64,000 nucleotides of DNA from Antechinus flavipes (lineage: Eukaryota): contig NC_067402.1 in the NCBI RefSeq assembly GCF_016432865.1, positions 219,418,001 to 219,482,000 on the forward strand. The letters run 5' to 3'. The notes under the pieces were generated by a model, which was not told the origin of the DNA, searched no databases, and worked only from the letters and a program-made list of their open reading frames with translations. Position numbers and translations under genes: made by a program. Shown here piece by piece: positions 39,501-53,029 of this stretch; within the stretch, counting starts at the first letter, position 1, and the number at the start of each line of letters is the position of its first letter.

Positions 39501-42500
39501 TCCTTTCCTCCTGATTCAATGTTACTAAGGTTGATTTTTGATTCCATATGCTTCTCATGTCTATTCTAAAACATTGCTCTAACAAGCATCCTTCCTCTCT
39601 CTCCCTCTCCTGTATCTCATGCATCTTTGCCTGACCTCTAGTCATTAGACCATTACCTGGCCACTTACCTATAAATGTCACCCAATGCTTAAAAACAAAC
39701 CCTTATTTGGCCTTTATTTCCCCAAGGTACCATCCAGTAGGCTCTCCTTGACATTTAAAAAATTTTTGAAATCTGTATTTGATAGTTCCATTCTCACCAT
39801 CTGTATATTAACTCCTTATAGTTTGTCTTTTCACCCAATAACTGTTAAAACTGTTCTCTAAAAGTCATCAGTTATTACTAAATACAACATTCTTTTCTCA
39901 GTCTTCATCTTCCTTAATCTCTTCAGCATCAGAAAGTATTTGGGTCTTTTTTATGACTTATACATTATTTCTTTTCTGTCACATTTTCTGATATGCTATA
40001 TCCCATTGTGAACCTTCATAATAAAGCAACATATTAAGATTTGCTGACAAGCAACTTCATCAGCTGACGTTGTATAACACATTCAGCACCTATAGTCTCC
40101 CACCTGTTTACCTAGAAACATCCTTTATTAATGCTTTCTCCTCTTGTTTCTATAACACGGTACCCTCCAAGTTCTTAGGGTTTGGACTATCACTTGTTGC
40201 ATATATTTTGTGGATTCCTTTTGCAAATAGGGCTAGATATGTGTTTGACTAGATAACCATGAAAGTCCCTTCCTATTCTCAAATTATATAATCCTCTTTC
40301 TGGTCAATTCCTTCTGTTTACTTTATCGGTAGTTCTTCCTCTTAACTCCACAAGGCTCAAGTCCGTAGTTCCCAAAGTTGTTGATGCTTCCCCCCAATGA
40401 CTTTATTTTGAATTTACTATCTACATACATGTTGTTCCCCACACAAACCTCTCCACCCACCCCATTCTACCAGGTGAGTGGGAAACTATCTGAGACACTG
40501 GAAATAAGTAAGTACAAGGACTTGGATTCAAATCCTGCCTGTTTAATCTCCTTGCCCAATGTCAAGTCACCTAACCTTTGCCTTTATTTTTTCTCATTTC
40601 TAAAATGAGAGAGTTCAAATAAACAGCCTCTGAGGTTTGTTGCAATTTTAGTTCTAGGATCTATCAATCCCAAATTCTCAGCCTAAATTGGAGGGCAGGA
40701 GCTGTCCTGGTCTTCGTGTATCCTCTGTGCCCTTCACAGAGCCAAGCACACAATAGGTACTCAATGAATGCTTTGTTAGGTTGACTTTAAATTAATATTG
40801 TCCAAAGCTCCAATATCTTTTCTTTTCTTAATATACCCAGTTCTTAGGTAATGTCATTTGTCCTTATCATTTTGGATACCACCTCTAAACAAATCTACTT
40901 TTGTAGTCCTGAGTTCACTCCCAAGCTCCAGATCTGTTAATGAACATTTTTACCTAAATGATCTGTGGATGTTTCAGACTTGACATATCCATATTTGAAG
41001 TAATCATCTTCCCAGTAGTTCTCAGAATCTCTGAGAGGGAAGAACTCAGAGGTCCAGTCCATATTGAATTATGAGTGTCTTCCATACATTCCCTACAACT
41101 AATCCTGCCAGCCCCTACTTGAAGATCTCCCCAAGGGAGATCCCACTTTCTTTGTATGTATTTCATTAAAATTTTATTGATGTTTTTAATAGCAAATTTT
41201 CCTATGCATCTTTACTCTATCCTATGCCAAACTTGCTCTTTTGTAACAAAGAAAGCAGTTAAAAACTGACAATATAGCAACTGTATCTGATAGGTAACAT
41301 TCTATACCCATAGTGCCCCATTTCTCTTCTCTGGTTCCCACATCAATCCTCTTGTCTCTTGAGGCAGCTCTTTTCATTTTTGTACAGTTCTAATTGTTAA
41401 ATCTTTTTTTTCCCCTTAATTGAGACATCTTCTCACCTCTTTAAAGTTTTCATCCATTTTTCCTAGTCTATCCTTTTGGAAATCAAGCAGAATAAATTTA
41501 AACCCATGTGATGGCCCTTCAAATACTTGAAGACCTGTGTCCTATTCTTCTACTGTTCTTCCTATCATTGACTCCTCCCTCTCTCTCACTCCCCCCCCCC
41601 CCCCATATCTACCCAGCATCAAAATCATCTCCATTCTGCCTCTCCCAGAATCCATCACATTCACTCCCTTTTTTCCATTCCTATTGCTGCCTTTGTGCCC
41701 AAGTTTTCATTTGTTCTCAGCTGCACTATTGGGATAACTTTCTAATTAGTCTCACTGATAGTCTCTATTCCTTCTAATCTGTCCTGAATACTTAGAATCA
41801 TTAAAGTGATGATTACTGTGCTCTGACTCTAAGAAAGGAGTATGTGATTAGGCATTTCAGGGATGGGAAGTTGGGTCAATCCCTATCCTTCTAGCAATCA
41901 TTTGTCATGAGGCTTCTCTCCAACAGTTATATGTATCTTTGGCCCTCAGTTCTCTGTTTCTCTCTCAACACACATACACACCCTTCCTGGGTTATACAAG
42001 CTTTCAACATATTCTTCCCTATCCTTACTCCCAGGAATTGGTCTTTCAGGACCAGACCTAATCTGGACTCTGTTATTCATATTAACATCTGAGCTATTGC
42101 CTTTCGAAAAATTCTGCCTATCTTCCCCAGGCTACTTTTCCCCTTCCTCCTAAGTGACCTAGAATTATGGAAGATGCCCCTAGGAGAGGGTAGTTTTCAG
42201 GCTTTAGGGCAGTGATTGGGAAGAGTTCCACTTACCCCCTTTTCATTTGGGTGGGACCTGCAAAGGATGAACAAGTATGGATGGGTTCCAATAGATCTTA
42301 GATCACATTACATGAGCTTTCCCCCCAATACCCATCCCTCTTCCCAGTTTTCCTCTTTTTATTAAGGATACCACTATGTTTCTAGCCACCCAGGTACAAA
42401 ACTTAGATATAATCTATAATGCCTTGATTTTCATCTCCATAAAGCCGGTCATTGCCATATCTTACCGTTTCTATTCCCACAATTCCTCTGGTATTTCTTC

Positions 42501-45500
42501 TCTTCTCTTTTTTCTACAATCACTAAACCACCATCCTAGTTTAGGGGCCTTTTTGTCATTATGTCTGTCCTATTAAAATAATCTCAGAATTTGTGCACAG
42601 TTCCAGAATGATAGCTCACCATATCACTGCCCTATTCAATAAACTCCTTAGTGACTAGGAGCAACTATTATTTTAGCTTTATTTTGTCCTATTTTTTGTG
42701 TAAATTTTATAATTTACTATTATCTATATCATTTGTAAGTACTATATCATTTGTAAGTAAGCAAACATTGGGGGTACATGCTCAAACATTTCTACTGATA
42801 GAATACACAGTCAAGGATTAGAGGCCACTGCTGTGTATCATTTTAGGTGTTAGAATGAAGTGTTAAGGAGATAAAGTGTTAAGGTTGGAGTCAAGAAGAC
42901 TTGAGCCCAAATCTTGCTCCAGACCCCGACTAGCTGTAAATTGCCTAAGTTTACTCGCTGTGAAATGGGGTGACAATAGCACTTGCCTCATAGGGTTATA
43001 TGGTTTAAATGAAATTATAAAGTGCTTTGCAAGCCATTAGGCCATATATAATGATCATTAACAATTTTTTGTTACAGTATTCATCTTTTCAAAACTAGTG
43101 ATTTCCACAGCTTTAGCCAGTTGAAAGTCCTCCATGAGCTGGACCCAGGACCTTTCTTCCCTTGTACATGCCTTACCACATAGCTATATTTCAGCCAAGA
43201 AACATAGTTCAAGGACATGTACCATGCTTTCCTATTTCTGAGCCTTTGCTCATGCTGTTCCTTTTGACTGGATCATTCATCTCTAGCTTTTAAAATTCAA
43301 CCTGTTATCAGATCCTGCTTACGTGGTCCTTTTTCCCTGAAGATCTTCTTGATTGATCATTTAGGGATGATTTTCTCCTTCTTTTGAACTCTCACAGCAT
43401 TTTTATACATCTCTTAAATACTTAGTTATTTGTATGTATGTCTTATGTTTCCTACTAGATTAAATACCATGAACTTCTTGACAATACATATCTATGATAT
43501 ATACTTATGTCATTCATTTGCCTTATGTAACACGTATATAAGACACAATAGTGCTCAGTTAAAGAGGATATTTTTTGGTGTGATTCAATGTATGTCTTGT
43601 CTCTTCAAGTAAAACAGGCTTTTAAAGAAAGGAGTATGTTTTATTTTGCTCATAGTGTATGCCACACAGATACTTGTAGAAAAATGTGATGTGAAAAGTG
43701 ACATGCTAAAATTTTCATTTAAGTGATTGAGGGAAATTGATGGGATTTTATTTTATCTTAAAAAAAGTTTTATTGATATTGTTTAAAAAATAATTTTGAT
43801 AATAGTTATCATCCAATAAACCTGTTTCCCATCATTGTAACAAAGAAATGATTAGACAGATGAATCAGCTGATTTAGTTAACAAAGCAGTCTGTATCCAT
43901 AGTTTTACTACCCTTTCCATGGAGAGGAGAACAAACTATGTTTTAGTTATTTTCTTCTCTTAAGTGCCTCTAAATACTACACGTTGTGCTAAAGCCTGAG
44001 GATACAGGGAAAGATAAAAGACATTTATTTCCTGCTTACAGTTATCTGGAAACACCATCATTCATTGATTGCATTAACTCAGATTTCTGATGGTTTATAG
44101 GATTGTTTTCATCTATATTATTTTAGTGATTTTGTATGTATATTCTATAGATTCTTCTTTCCCTGCTCTGCTTAAATTGATACACATTTTTTCATGATTC
44201 TCCAGATTTCTCATACTTACTATTTTTGTTGTACAGTAACATTTTATTGCATTCATTTATCACAGCTTGTTCATTTGTTCTCTGTTTTGTTTCTAGGTTG
44301 TTGTAATTATGAAAAATATGTCTATGACCATTTTGGTATAGATAGGACATTTCTTTGTCAGTGTCAGTGACTTTATTAGACATGTGCTCAGTAGGTCATA
44401 AATAATTTAATATTACTGTATGAAGAATTTAGTAATTAAAAAAAATTCTGAACTGTTTTCTTCATCAGTTTGTCTATTTCCTGACTCAATCAGCAGTATC
44501 TGAGTGTGCCTATCTCCTTACAGCCCTTTGAGCTATTGAGGAATGCCTTAATCATACAAATTAGTATTAATTCCCTATATATCTTGAATATTAGAATTTT
44601 ATTAGAGATATTTGATGCTAAGATTTTTTCTCCACTCTATAACTTATCTTTTTTCTAGCTACATTTTGTTTATTCAAAAGCTTTTAATTTTTTATAACAA
44701 AATTGTCTTTTGTTTTTTTCTCATCATTTCTATTTTTTAAATCATGTGACATTTTACATTTAAATTGCTATCTATTTGATCATTATTGTGACACGTGGTG
44801 CAAGATGTATGAATGGTTTGAACCTGTCTTCCTCTTCAACTTTCTAGTATTCCAAGAACTTCTTATCAAATGAAGAGTCTTCCCCAGTGTAATTGATAGG
44901 TGACTAGCATATGTTTGGTACTGGTTAAAAAAAAATTTAGAAAAATAGATCAGTTAAATAGAGTTAAAATGATACCTAAAAGAAAATGGAATACAATTAA
45001 ATAAATTCAAAGATTTAATTCTCTTTCGGTCGCTATTATCTGGAGATTGTCTTCATAACTTGATATATTCTATTCCAGGTAAATATATTGCTTCAACCCA
45101 GCGACCGGACGGGACCTGGAGGAAGCAACGGAAAGTAAAAGAAGGTTACGTGCCTCAGGAGGAAGTTCCTGTGTATGTGGTTGGCTGGAAGTGGGGAGGG
45201 AGGCAGGGTGGTAATTTATCCCAGGAGAGTCAGGGTAGTGTGTATGTGCTGGGGGATTTTTCTCTTTAAGTTACCAAAGGATGTAACCTTAGATAGGGCA
45301 TGAGAGTAGGAGTAGATGAGGAGGCAGAAGGTTCTTACTGATCTTACCTGTCAGAGTAAGAGTTCCTATAATGCTTGATTATTACTATCACCAGTGTACT
45401 AGGTAGTTTTATAGCTCGTATCCCAAGACCTTAATATAACCCCTCTGCAGGGGTGCAACTTACAGTACACTGAGAGTAGGGCAGTGGGGGAAGCTTATTT

Positions 45501-46085
45501 CCCTAGGGGCAGGGATGAGAAGAAGAAGTCAGATAGTTGGAGAGAATGTCAGACTTGGGAGGTAGGGAAACTGAAGACATGTTGACAGCCTTTGTTCCTC
45601 TCAGGTATGAAAACAAGTATGTAAAGTTCTTCAAGAGTAAACCAGAACTACCTCCTGGGCTGAGCCTTGAGGCTGGGGTCCCAACCCCACCCCGTCTAGA
45701 CAGTGGTGAGCCAGGCCTTTCTAAGACTGCCAAACGCAACCTGAAACGCAAGGAGAAGAGGCGGCAGCAGCAAGGGAAGGGGGCAGTAGAGGCCTTGAGC
45801 CGGACTCTGGATAAAGTGTCATTGAAGGAACCAGCGCAGCTGCCAAGTGTGCCCCCTGCTCCCCGTGCCACCCCTGCAACAAACCCTGACAAACCTGACA
45901 CACTTTCCACCACTGAGAAAGCCAAGAAGATAAAGAATTTGAAGAAAAAACTTCGTCAGATAGTGGAGCTGCAGCAGCGGATCCAGAGTGGGGAGATCAG
46001 TCATCCCAGCAGAGAACAATTAGAAAAACTGGCGAGGAGGGGGACCTTAGAAGAAGAGTTGGAGGACTTGGAGTTAGGCTTATGA
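36532..46085 (+). CDS. PYM1: Partner of Y14 and Mago (PYM1/WIBG), joined CDS of 609 nt / 202 aa: 36532-36565, 45079-45172, 45605-46085
   Basis: [11 protein letters not shown]|[31 protein letters not shown]|[19 protein letters not shown]...[20 protein letters not shown]...ELEDLELGL*. Confidence 0.96.
37560..39200 (+). mobile_element. Degenerate L2 fragments in PYM1 intron 1
   Basis: Pyrimidine-rich L2 ORF2/3' signature blocks (TCCAACCCCATCATTCC...AAATTCAGTGGTCATTTT...CTTGACCTTTCTGC). Boundaries approximate. Confidence 0.55.
45079..45172 (+). CDS. PYM1: PYM1 exon 2 (Mago-binding domain)
   Basis: 94 nt, CCAG|GT and GT|GTATGT. Confidence 0.96.
45605..46085 (+). CDS. PYM1: PYM1 exon 3 coding part
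   Basis: 481 nt to TGA at 46083-46085. Confidence 0.96.
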
Positions 46086-46387
46086 GGCTCCTCATGGACT
46101 AGGAATGTGGACTGTAGGACAAACCATGATGTTCCCTCTGAGGGGCCCGGGGACCGTGGTGGTGGCAGCAGTGGCAGCAGCCAGGAGGGACGTGTCCTGC
46201 TCTCTGCCCTCTTATTCTTGCCCCGCTGTCTCTGGCCCAGCCTTTCCTTCCAGAGCCTCGCCTCTCCATTAATCCTCACCTTGAGCCCTTACTTTTCGGA
46301 CTCTACCCTTCCCTTTCCCTGTGTCTGGAATCTCAGTGACTGTCCCAGGTACCACTCTTCCTGGCTTGGGGTTTTTCTTTTCTTTTC

Positions 46388-46418
<31 letters not shown>

Positions 46419-46588
46419 TTTTAATCTGGGGGGCATGGGAAGGATGGGTCAGGTTCTCAGGAAGGGCTGAACTCTTAGGGTGGGGATGGGGACTACAAAC
46501 TCTTGGATTTTTGGTTTCTGTTTAGTGTTTTGGGGTAATTTCCATTCTACCCCATTCCTTTTTTCCTTTTTTTTTTTTTAAATAAGAT

Positions 46589-46594
46589 AATAAA
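46589..46594 (+). terminator. PYM1 polyadenylation signal AATAAA
   Basis: First AATAAA, about 500 nt after the stop, following a U-rich tract. Confidence 0.65.
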
Positions 46595-47699
46595 TCCCAA
46601 GTAGAGATGTCTGACTGTGACTCCTTTCTTTTGCGATAACAAGAAGGTTGTTAGGGATGCCTTGTTTCCTATACACAAGCTTGATTAAGCCCATCTCTCC
46701 CCTCTACTTGTCTTCTTGGCAGATACCAATTTTCCATCACCATTGGTTTGTGAAGACTGAGCATATAAGAATCACTTAGTTTTATAATATTGGTGTAATT
46801 TTAAATTTAGAAGAGATTATAGAAGTCATCTAGTCCTAACTATCTGAATTATGAATTCCCTCCATAAGTGTCCCTCCCTATTATTAAATGGAAAGATACC
46901 AGAAGACATTTCTCCTCATCCTCATTATACTGAGTAGGTGATTTTTCCTGGTTTGATTTCCAGTTCTCTTTGACACAGCCCCTGGTCATGACAACTAGTA
47001 AGGGATTGCTTCATCCTTTCAAATTGTCAAATCTTCAGCCCAGGGCCAGGGCACATTTACGTCCTTATGGAACTAAGATTTTCATCCTGGCTTCATGGAC
47101 AGTGCTTCAATTCATTAGACCAAGGAATTCTCCAGTCACTTCTGTTACCTAAGTATATGTTATTTTACAAAATGAATACAAGGTAATTTTTGGAAGAAAG
47201 GCCCGGGGGGATCAGGGAAGTATATACATACTAGATCTTGACCTGAGTTCAAGCAAAAAGGGTTAATAAGGCCATGCAAAGTGCCCAGAGATGAGAGATA
47301 GAATATTATGTGAAGAGCAGCAAGAAGACCAATTTGGCTGGACTGAAGAATATGTGAAAGGGAGGCTGGAGCCAGATTGTGAAGGACTTAAATTGCCTAA
47401 CAGAGGAGGTTTGTATTCTATCCTAGAGGTAATTAGGAATCCACAGGAGGTTATTGAGCAGGGGAGCCCCTAGACAAACAGAAATCAGATAAGGCATGGA
47501 TAAGATCCAGTTGTCTTTAATATTTTGCTGGAGAAATTGGCCCCTAAATGAAGGAAAACTTTTGAGAATAAAATACTGAAGACAAATTGTAATAATTCTT
47601 ATTAGAAAGAAAATGGGAACTGCCTAAAAGCCTATTGGCTAAGCTATGGAGGGAACTCAACTCATTGAGATTTTTTTTGAAATATAGAGCATTTCAACA

Positions 47700-48340
47700 T
47701 AAAAGTGGTCAAGGGACATTAAACAGTTCCTCCAAAAAAGAATTTCACTATAAACCGTTATATTAGAGATTGTTCCAAATCACTAACAAGAATGTAAATC
47801 TAAATATCCCTGAGGTTTTATATCACATGTACCAAATTAGTAAAGATATGACAAAAGATAGTAATAATCAATGGAATGAAAACACTAAAACACTAGGTAG
47901 ACCTGAGCTATGAATTAACTGTTCTGGAAAGCAATTAAGAATTATGCTATGAAGAATGACTTTAAATAATATCCGTATTTTTGACTTACGGATCCCACTT
48001 CTTCACATGGATCCCAAGGAAGGTCATAGATAGAAAGTTCCTATGCCAAAATAATGAGAGTATTTTTGTGGTAGGGTGTAGACACTGAAGACTATGTAAT
48101 GAGGAATGGTTAAATAAATTGTATGGAAATAATATATCATGAGAAAAGAACAATAAGGGATCCAGAGAGCATAGAAAAGCTTGTGACTTGATGCAGAGTA
48201 AAGTAGGACCAGAAAAACAATATAAATAAGACAAATAGCTTTAAAATGCTGAGAAAATATACTTTATCTCCTTTGCCGACTTGGGGGGGATAGGGAGTGG
48301 GGACTGCTGCTTTGGAATGTTGTATATGTTATTAGATCTG
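47700..48340 (+). mobile_element. Old L1 3' fragment
   Basis: Degenerate ORF2 C-terminus and 3' UTR-like sequence (CAATTAAGAATTATGCT...GACCCACT...ATGAGGAATGGTTAAATAAATTGTATGG). Confidence 0.6.
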
Positions 48341-49039
48341 TTGACTGTGGATGATTTAGCTGTGTTTTTTTTTCCCCTCTTTTTCCATTAAAAATTCTTA
48401 TAAGGAATGATTCAAGGGCAGAAGGAGGGATATGGGGGGAAATCTAGTTAATGTAAAAACATCTCAATAGAAAAAGAATTTTAAAAGAGAAAAGATGGAA
48501 AGAATTAAGAATAGCATAGTTCTGCAAGAAGAGTTTTATGAATTAGAGACATGAATAAGCCTAGTTTGATGATGAATACTCAAAACTGAAAAGGGCTTTT
48601 TTTTTTTATTAGAGGCAAAATAATGGTCAAAGGACTACTGTACAGAGGGGATTGGATAGTGGTAATAGGTTGTGATGAAAAGGCTGAGGTACTCAACTCT
48701 TACTCTGCTTCTTATTTCTCTTCCAAGGAAAATGATTTTAGGATTGGAAAAGACAGGACAAAATTGATTAGCAGGGAATGGAGACTCAAGATAAATGAGA
48801 CAGCATCTATCTGCCCTCCAGGCCTAGATGAACTCTATTCAACGATACTGAAAGAAGGGGAAGATGTGATTGCTGAGCCACTAAGCCACTATTGATCACT
48901 GACATATTAGGAAGACCAGGAGAGGTGCTACAGTACTGAAGAAGGGCAAATATCCTGACTTTCAAAAAAAGAAGAGGGTGGATTCTACAAACTGTAATCC
49001 ATCAAACTTGTCTTCTGTTCCTAGCAAAATTCTATCTTA

Positions 49040-49579
49040 ACACACATTTTTAAAGATTTTGAGTTCTAAATTCTCTCCCTCTAGCCCCTCCTCCACCCAT
49101 TGAAAAGGCAAGAAATATATCAAGTATACATGTGAAGTTATGCAAGACATTTCCATATTAGCCATGTTGCACAAAAAAAAAAAAGCAGCAAGAAAAAGTA
49201 AGTGGAAAAAAAGTATGCTTTGATCTGTATTCAGAGTTCATCACTTCTCTTTCTGGAGGTGGAAAGCATTTTTCATCATGAGGCCTTTGGAATTATATCA
49301 GATGATTGTATTGATTAGAGAAGCTAAATTCTTTACAATTGATCTTCATTATGATATTGTTGTTAATATGTGCAATGTTCTCTTGGTTCTACTCACTTCA
49401 CTTTATGTCATTTCATATAAGTCTTCCCAGGTTTTTCTAAAACTCCTGCTTATTATTTCTTACAGCCCAGTAGTATTCCATTACAATCATATACAATGAC
49501 TTGTTCACCCATTCCCTAATTGATAGACATACCCTTAATTTCTAATTCTTAGCCACCACAGAAAAGAGTTGCTTTAAAT

Positions 49580-49627
<48 letters not shown>

Positions 49628-50490
49628 CACATATATACAGAAAGAAAGAGATTCTTTTTCTCTGATCTTTTTTGGGATACAGACCTGGTAGTGGTTTTGC
49701 TGGGTCACAGGATAGTCCTTTTTTTAGTCCTTTTAGTTCCAAATTCTTTTCCAGAACTGTTGGACCAGTTCACTGCTCTACCAAAAGTGCATTAGTGTAT
49801 CTATTTTCCCACATCCCCCCCAGCATTATCATTTTCCTTTTCCATCATGTTACCTATTTTTTTGGGTTTGAAATGGTACCTCAGAAAGATTTTAATTTGC
49901 ATTTTTCTAGTCAGTAGTGATTTAGAACATTTTTTCATGTGACCATAGATAGCTTTGGTTTCTTCTAAAAATTGCCTATTCATATTGTTCAACTATTTAT
50001 CAATTGGAGAATGACTCTTATTTTTATAAATTTTATTTAATTCCTAATATATTTGAGAAAAATGAAGCCTCTCAGTTTCCTGTTTTCTTTTTAATATTGG
50101 TTGCATTAATTTTGTTCGTGCAAAAGCTTTTTGATTTCATGTAATCAAAATTATCTATTTCATTTCCTGTGACCCTCTCTATCTCTTATTTGGTTATAAA
50201 TGCTTCCCTTATCCATAGATATGACAAGTAAATTTTTCTGTGCTTTCCTACTTTGCTTATGATATCACCTGTTATGTCCAAATCATTTATCCATTTTGAC
50301 CTTATCTTGGTATATTATGTAAGAAGTTAGTCTATTCCTATTTTCTGCCAGACTTCTTTACAGTGTTCTCAGTGTAAGTTCTTACCCTAAATGCTTAGAT
50401 CTTCAGATTTATCAATCTGTAGATTACTATGTTCATTTTCTACTGTGTATTGTGTACCTAATCTATTCCACTGTCTTAATACTCTATTTC
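49040..50490 (-). mobile_element. Marsupial L1 3' portion inserted in the L3
   Basis: Reverse L1 ORF2 end and 3' UTR; ORF 49801-49992 MNRQFLEE...HMKKCSKSLL.RKMQIK is L1 ORF2-like. Confidence 0.8.
49582..49623. repeat. (TG)~21 microsatellite
   Basis: Seen directly in the sequence. Confidence 0.95.
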
Positions 50491-50624
50491 TTAGCCAATA
50501 GCCAAATTCTTGGTGATTTTTAAAAGAAATAGTTTCTAATCATTTAAAGGGGGAAATAGTGATTATTAAAAGCCAACATGGCTTCAGCAAGAACAGGCCT
50601 TCCTAAAACTAAGTTAATTTCCTT

Positions 50625-50767
50625 TTTTTTTGCTGAGGCAGTTGAGGTTAACTGACTTGCCCAGGGTCACACAGCTAGGAAGTATTACGTGTCTGTGGTT
50701 GGACTTGAACTTAGATCCTCTTGACTTCAGGGCCAGCATTCTATCCACTGTGCCATCTAGCTGCCCC
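50625..50767 (-). mobile_element. WSINE1-type marsupial SINE with 13-bp target-site duplication
   Basis: Reverse GGGGCAGCTAGATGGCACAGTGGATAGAATGCTGGCCCTGAAGTCAAGAGG...CCTCAGC(A)n; TSD AGTTAATTTCCTT at 50612-50624 and 50768-50780. Confidence 0.85.
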
Positions 50768-51459
50768 AGTTAATTTCCTTGGCAAAATAACTGGACTAAG
50801 AATTAGATTATGGAAATTCAGGCAAAGTATACTTCAATTTGAGCAAAATGAGAAGATTCAATCTAGATTATAGTACCTGTTACAGGTGGAATTGTAACTA
50901 GTTGAATAACAGGATACAAGGAAGAGCTGTTGGAGGGAGGTTATCGGGATTTTATCCTAGTGATTAGCCATGTGATCTTCAACAGTTTTATTGGTGATCT
51001 AGATGCAGCATTGTATAGAGGAAAGAGAGCCAGATTTAGATTTAAGGACCCGAATTTAAATCTTAGCTTTTACTATGAAACCTCAAGCAAATCATTTTTC
51101 TTGGGCCCTAATGTCCTCCCTATGAAATGAGGGGATTGGAAGAGATGACTTTGAAGGGCCCTTACAGCTCCCAATCTCTAACCTAAGATCCTAAACAAAG
51201 TTATAGGATACATGTTTGTCCAATTTGTGGATGACACAAAGCTAGCTGGGAAATCTGGTCTAGCAGTTTTGGATTGGAATGAAATGAGATCATTCAATAT
51301 TTAAGAGAAAGAAGCTTAATAATATCATGGATAGGATATTCCAACAAGGCTAAAGGAATTACTCAGCACTATCTCCATATAGAAAAGATCTGGTCACAAG
51401 AATGTTGAATCAGAAGAGTGCTTTGTTGGGGACAGAGATCAGATGTTTTCCTTCTTTGA

Positions 51460-53010
51460 AAAAAATTTTTTTAATTAATTGTTTTATTTTTTCTGGTTAT
51501 ACATGTATGCTAACTTTTAAAATATACATTTTTTTAATGAATTATATTGGGAGAGAAAAATTAGAACAAAAGGGAAAAGCCATGAGAGGAGGAAAAAAAA
51601 AACAGAAAAAAGAAGTGAATATAGCCTGTATTGATTTACATTCAATCTCCATAGTTCTCTTTCTGGATGCAGATGGTGTTTTCTATCCAAAGTTTATAGG
51701 GATTGCCTTGGATCACTGAACTACTGAGAAGAACCAAGTTTTTCATAGTTGATCAGAACACAATCTGGCTGTTAATGTATACATTGTATTCCTGGTTTTG
51801 TTTGTTTTGCTCAGAATAAGTTCATGTAAATCTTTCCAGGCCTTTCTAAAATCAGCTTGTTCATCATTTTTTATATAACAACAATATTTCATTACTTTCA
51901 TATACCATAACTTATTCATCCATTCCCCAGTTGATGAGCATCTATTTATTTTCCAATTCTTTGCCACCACAAAAAGAACTACTACAAACGGTTTTATACA
52001 TGTGGGTCCTTTTCCCTTTTTTATGATTTCCTTGGGATACAGACGCAGTAATGATACTGCTGGGTCAAAGTGTATGATAACACTTTGGGCATAGTTCCAA
52101 ATTGCTCTCCAGAATGGTTGGATCATTTCACAACTCCACCAACAATGTATTAGCACAATTTTTCCACATCTCCTTCAACATTTATTATTATCTTTTCCTG
52201 TCATCTTAGCTATCTGAGAGGTGTGAAGTAGTATCTCAGAGTTGCTTTAATTTGCATTTCTCTGATTAATAATGATTTAGAGCATTTTTTCATATGATTA
52301 TAGATGGCTTTAATTTCATCATCTGAAAATTGTCCGTTTATATTCTTTGACCACTTATCAATTGGGGAATGACTTGTATTCTTATAAATTTGATGTAGTT
52401 CTTTATTTTAGAAATGAGACCTTTATCAGAATCACTGTTGTAAAAAAAATTTTTCCCATCTTTGTATTTCCCTGTTAATGTTGAGTTGGTTTTGTTTGTT
52501 CGAAATGTAATCAAAATTATCCATTTTGCTTCTGTAGTTCTTCTTTGGCCATAAATTTCTCCTTTTTCCAAAGAGCTGAGAAGTAAATTCTCCCTCCTAA
52601 TTTGCTTATGGTATCACTATTTACACCCAAATCATGTACTCATTTTGATCTTATTTTGGTATGGGGTATGAAATGTAAGTCTATGCTGAGTTTTCCCATC
52701 AATTTTTGTGAAATAGTGAACTCTTATCCCAGAAATGGAGTTTTGGGGTTTATCAAACACTAGATTACTATAATCATTGATTATTGTCTCATATGTATCT
52801 AATCTATTTCATTGATCCACCACTCTATTTCTTAGCCAGTACCAAATGGTTTTGATAACTGTTGCTTTATAATATAGTTTTAAAGTCTGGTACTGCTAGA
52901 TCACTGTCTTTGGTATATTTTTTCATTAATTCCCTTGATATTCTTGTTCCTCCAGATGAATTTTGTTATTTTTTTTTTTTTTTTAGCTCTATAAAATGAT
53001 TTTTTTGGCA
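51460..53010 (-). mobile_element. Marsupial L1 3' portion (ORF2 C-terminus plus 3' UTR)
   Basis: ORF 51743-52156 LIHCWWSCEMIQPFWRAIW...LFVVAKNWK...EWMNKLWY is the L1 ORF2 C-terminal region. Confidence 0.88.
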
Positions 53011-53029
53011 GCCACCTATGCTATGATGA

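Larger units (their letters stand above)
48660..51260 (+). mobile_element. L3/CR1 LINE ORF2 remnant, fragmented by younger insertions
   Basis: EKAEVLNSY...GLDELY..LKE..DVIAEPLS (48.7-48.9 kb); SQHGF (about 50575); GVPQG-like region (about 50940); FVDDTKL (about 51226). Confidence 0.75.

Noticed and set aside
42724-42759. 18-bp tandem duplication CTATATCATTTGTAAGTA x2
   Set aside because: Small slippage duplication inside an old intronic transposon remnant; no sign of function.
51743-52156. 137-aa ORF
   Set aside because: L1 ORF2 C-terminal remnant, not a host gene.
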